A stretch of DNA of 64,000 nt. Origin: Mobula hypostoma (lineage: Eukaryota). The notes under the pieces were generated by a model, which searched no databases, had not been told where the DNA came from, and was given only the letters and a program-made list of their open reading frames with translations. Below are positions 60,528 to 64,000 of the stretch, in pieces; the first letter of the stretch is position 1, and each line of letters starts with the position of its first letter. Both the position numbers and the translations under genes were made by a program. The stretch spans positions 21,764,001 through 21,828,000 of the forward strand of contig NC_086097.1 of the NCBI RefSeq assembly GCF_963921235.1, given 5' to 3'.

Positions 60528-61446
60528 CATTCAGTGGCCAGTTTATTAGGTACACCCGTACATTTGCTTGTTAATGCCAGTGTCTAATCAGCCAATCACA
60601 TGGCAACAACTCAATGCGCAAAAGCATGCAGATATGGTCAAGTGATTCAGTTTTTGTTCTGACCAAACATCAGAGAGGGGAAGAAATAGAACCTAAGTGA
60701 CTTTGACCTGTGGAATACAAGAAAACCTGTAAATCCAAAGCAACACGCACAAAATGCTGGAGGAACTCAGCAGGTCAGGCAGAGGAAAGAGTATAAGGCT
60801 GAGACCCTTCATTAGGACTCACTTCAGGAATGATTGTTAGTGCCAGATAGATTGGGTATCTCAGAAACTGCTCACCTCCTGGGATTTTTAAGCACAAGTC
60901 TCTAGAATTTACAGAGAATGATGTGATAAACAAAAAAAAGTGGCAGTTCTGTGGGTGAAAATGCTTTTTGAATGAGTGAGGTTCGAAGAGAATAGCCAGA
61001 CTCATTCAAGCTGCCATGAAGGTGACAGTAACTCAAATAACCCCATGTTACATCAGTGGTATTTGTATTTGATCCTCCACAACATTCTGCGTGGGAATTT
61101 AAACTGGAGGTAGTTTTTATGAGGTTGAGTTGCGAGCTTGACATCAACCCGGCACGGATGGAGAGCGCACACGGGGGCGGTCTGTCACTGGATCGAACTC
61201 GGGAACCTCCGTTCTCAAGCCCAGCGCTGATCTCACTGCACCACCAGCTGACCTGGGGGCAAACCTCGGTGTGGATGGGCTACAAGCAGCAGAAGGCCAT
61301 GAACATTTGAGTCCTGAAGGAGGACCTTGGCCCGAAATACCAATTGTTCACTCTTTTCCATAGATGCTGCCTGGCCTGCTGAGTTCATACACTCATTGTT
61401 CACCTTATTAGGTACAGGAGGTTCCTAATAAAGTGATCACTGAGAG
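60528..61446 (+). mobile_element. Non-autonomous Tc1-like element (same family as 45841-46410) with three nested inserts
   Basis: cattcagtggccagtttattaggtacac ... cctaataaagtgatcactgagag|ta; the interior is collinear with 45841-46410 apart from the inserts. Confidence 0.8.
61058..61253 (-). mobile_element. tRNA-derived SINE of a family distinct from the V-SINE
   Basis: Minus strand reads GGTCAGCTGGTGGTGCAGTGAG (A box) ... GAGTTCGATCC (B box), then a unique body and a caaatacaaatac tail. Confidence 0.7.
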
Positions 61447-62969
61447 TATATCACTGCAGCAATGCTGGTCTGCCAACAGGTGAAATTGCAGTACATAAAA
61501 TCCGCCTGAGGTCAGATAGATTTTCACTGCTACTGGTGAGAGATGTTTCACTTTGCCTGGTGTAGGCTGCAGTCCTTAATGCGACAGCAGCATGAAATGC
61601 CTGGGCTGATTTCTGAATTTTAAGTTAAGAAGGCTTTAGGCATTTTTCAAGTGTAGAGGATGCGATTAGAACTTCTACTGCTGTCCGAGGATGTTCTATC
61701 TGGTGGAGTGCACCTCCTTGCTGATAAATAGGGCATGCCTGAAGTAGGGTCCATCCACTCCTACAATGGAAGTGGCATTAATACAGAAGCAATGCCTTTC
61801 ATCAGCCCACTGATGCCTTTCACTTATTGAAGACGATCTTGAAATGGCAATAAAACCCTCTTCAAAAAAGACAGCACAAGCACCCCAGTAAGAGTCAGGA
61901 GCCATTTCAAAGTGGAAAATGCATTAAAGATTTCTTTTGTCTTGCACATACCTCTGTAGAACTACCAGTCTCTTTTATGCGCTGTGCAGTGTTCCATACA
62001 CTAAACAGAAAAAAGGCAGCTTTTATGAGACCATTTTTCAATTGGTTTCATTATCGTGAACATTGGGTAAGTGCTCAGACACCGACAGCATAGACTCATA
62101 GGTTGGTGAGGCACTTTGATATTCAAAAGGAGGGAGTGTATTGGCAAGCAGCTACTATCATCAAATCTAGCCTCTAACCCCCACCCCCGCTGTGCCTCGC
62201 ACATATTAGATAAAGCTTTTAAAATTCACTTATTAGATAAAGCTTTTTGTTTCAAGTTTTATTATTTTAAGTGTAAGCTCGATCTTGAAGGCAGAGTACA
62301 GGGTTAGTGGCAGAATTCTCAGCAGTGTGAGGAAATAGAGGAACCTCGAGGTCCACGTTCATATATCCCTCAAAGTTGCTGCGCAAGTTGATATGAGAGT
62401 TAACAAGGTGTGTGGTGTGTTGGCTTTCATTAGTTAGGGGGATTCAGTTCAAGAAAAACGGAGCCTAGTTGGGAAGGAAGGGTTGGATTGATCTTACAGT
62501 AGGTTAAGAGGCTAGCACAACATTGTGTGCTGAAAATCCTGTACTCTGCTACTGTTCTATGTTCTATCCCCCTTACGGCGTGGTGCCAAATTTTGTTTGA
62601 TAACGCCTTATAATTTTTTTAAAGTTCCTGTTTTGCGATCTGGCCGTACCCAGGACAGCCAGCCCATCGCAAATAGTGCTCGAGAAGATGATTGGGAGCC
62701 AAATTGTTTAAGTGTCGTAGGAGTTGCTCTTCATCTGTGCGATGAGGGAATTCAATCTTGCATTTGACTTGTGCCTTGGAGATGGTGGAATGGCCCTTGT
62801 ATGTCAATGTTGCAGGATACCCAGCCTCTGACCTGCTCGTGTAGCTATTTATGGCCCAGATCAGTTTGTCGTCCCTGGTGACCCTCAGGTGAGGAACTCG
62901 GTAATGTTAATGCCATAGAATGTGAGAGGTAGATGGTTTGATCTACCGTAGTGTGGCATGAGTATAATT

Positions 62970-63660
62970 TGCCACTGATCAAAGTACAAAGTAGAAAGTA
63001 AATTTATTATCTAAGTACATATTTCTCACCATAGACAGCCCTGGGATTTGTTTCCTTGAGGGTATACTCAGTAAATCCAAGAACCATAATAGAATTAATG
63101 AAGGACTGCACCCAACAAGACAGACAAGCAACCAATGTGCGAAAGATAACAAACTGTGTGAATATCTCAACAATAAATATCGAGAACGTGAGATGAAGTG
63201 TCCTTGAAAGTGAGATTGTGGGAACATTTCAGTGATGGGGCAAGTGAAGTTATCCCATGGGTACAAGAGCCTGATGGTTGAGGGGTAATAACTGTTCCTG
63301 AGCCTGCTGGTGTGAGTCCTGAGGCTTCTGCACCTTCTTCCTGATGGCAGCAGTGAGGGGAGACCATAACCTAGGTGATGGGGTCCCTGATGATGGATCC
63401 TGCTTTCATGCGACAGCGCTTCAAGTAGACGTGCTCAGTAGTGGGGAGGGCTTTACCTGTGATGGACAGGGCCATGTACACTACTTTTTGTAGAATTTTC
63501 CGTTCAAGAACATTGGTGTTTCCATATCAGGCCATGATGCAAACAGACTCTCTACCACATATCTATAGAGGTTTGTCAAAGTTTTAGAAATCATGCTGAA
63601 CTTCTAAGGAAGTAGAGACATTACTGTGCTTTCTTGGGACTTACACTTACGTGCTGGGCC
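62970..63660 (-). mobile_element. Rex1-derived non-autonomous repeat (abundant family; other pieces near 3780-4880, 9170-9540, 13420-13740, 23680-24495, 38420-38920, 52780-53295)
   Basis: Shared blocks aagtaaatttattatc, gagcctgatggttg.ggggtaataactgttcctga and cttcctgatggcagcagtgag, which are the reverse complement of the Rex1 ...LPSGRR... 3' region. Confidence 0.65.
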
Positions 63661-64000
63661 GAGACCATGGCCCTCTGAAATGACGACAGTCCATGACCCT
63701 CTGAAATGACAAGAGACCATGGCCCTCTGAAATGACGAGAGACCATGGCCCTCTGAAATGACGACTGTCCATGACCCTCTGAAATGACGAGAGACCATGG
63801 CCCTCTGAAATGACGACTGTCCATGACCCTCTGAAATGACGACAGACCGTGGCCCTCTGAAATGACGAGAGACCGTGGCCCTCTGAAATGACGACAGACC
63901 GTGGCCCTCTGAAATGACGAGAGACCATGACCCTCTGAAATGACGACAGACCGTGGCCCTCTGAAATGACGACAGACCGTGGCCCTCTGAAATGACGACA
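63661..64000. repeat. Minisatellite, 26-bp unit (GACCRTGRCCCTCTGAAATGACGASA), at least 13 copies, continues past window end
   Basis: ccctctgaaatgac recurs every 26 nt. Confidence 0.95.

Noticed and set aside
61180..61253. Functional tRNA gene
   Set aside because: A and B boxes are present, but I could not form a convincing acceptor stem, and it continues into a SINE-like body and tail within a transposon.

Overview
This is eukaryotic (vertebrate) genomic DNA, most likely from a cartilaginous fish (ray or shark). That assignment is inferred from the dense CR1 LINE, HE1-like V-SINE and Penelope-like repeat content. The window lies inside the + strand gene ADCK1 (aarF/ABC1-family atypical kinase). 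Two phase-0 coding exons are recognisable, 25984-26133 (HCDPHPGN and LLDHG kinase motifs) and 50692-50889, separated by a 24.6-kb GT-AG intron. I could not identify the neighbouring exons. Almost everything else is intronic transposon debris, often nested: many CR1 fragments, Rex1/Babar fragments, a rearranged Gypsy LTR element (16823-22111), Tc1 elements, a 732-bp Harbinger derivative with TIRs and TAA TSD, a pogo/Tigger remnant, RTE-derived non-autonomous elements, an L1 3' end, tRNA-derived SINEs and two minisatellites (36 bp and 26 bp units). The most interesting signal is a family of about 20 short Penelope-derived repeats. They carry a minimal type I hammerhead ribozyme motif (consensus CAGTC-CTGATGA-A-GGGTCTCGGCCC-GAAA-CGTC-GACTG), and several are arranged as inverted pairs. 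No prokaryotic system or CRISPR array is supported. Repeat boundaries are approximate unless TSDs or TIRs are given.
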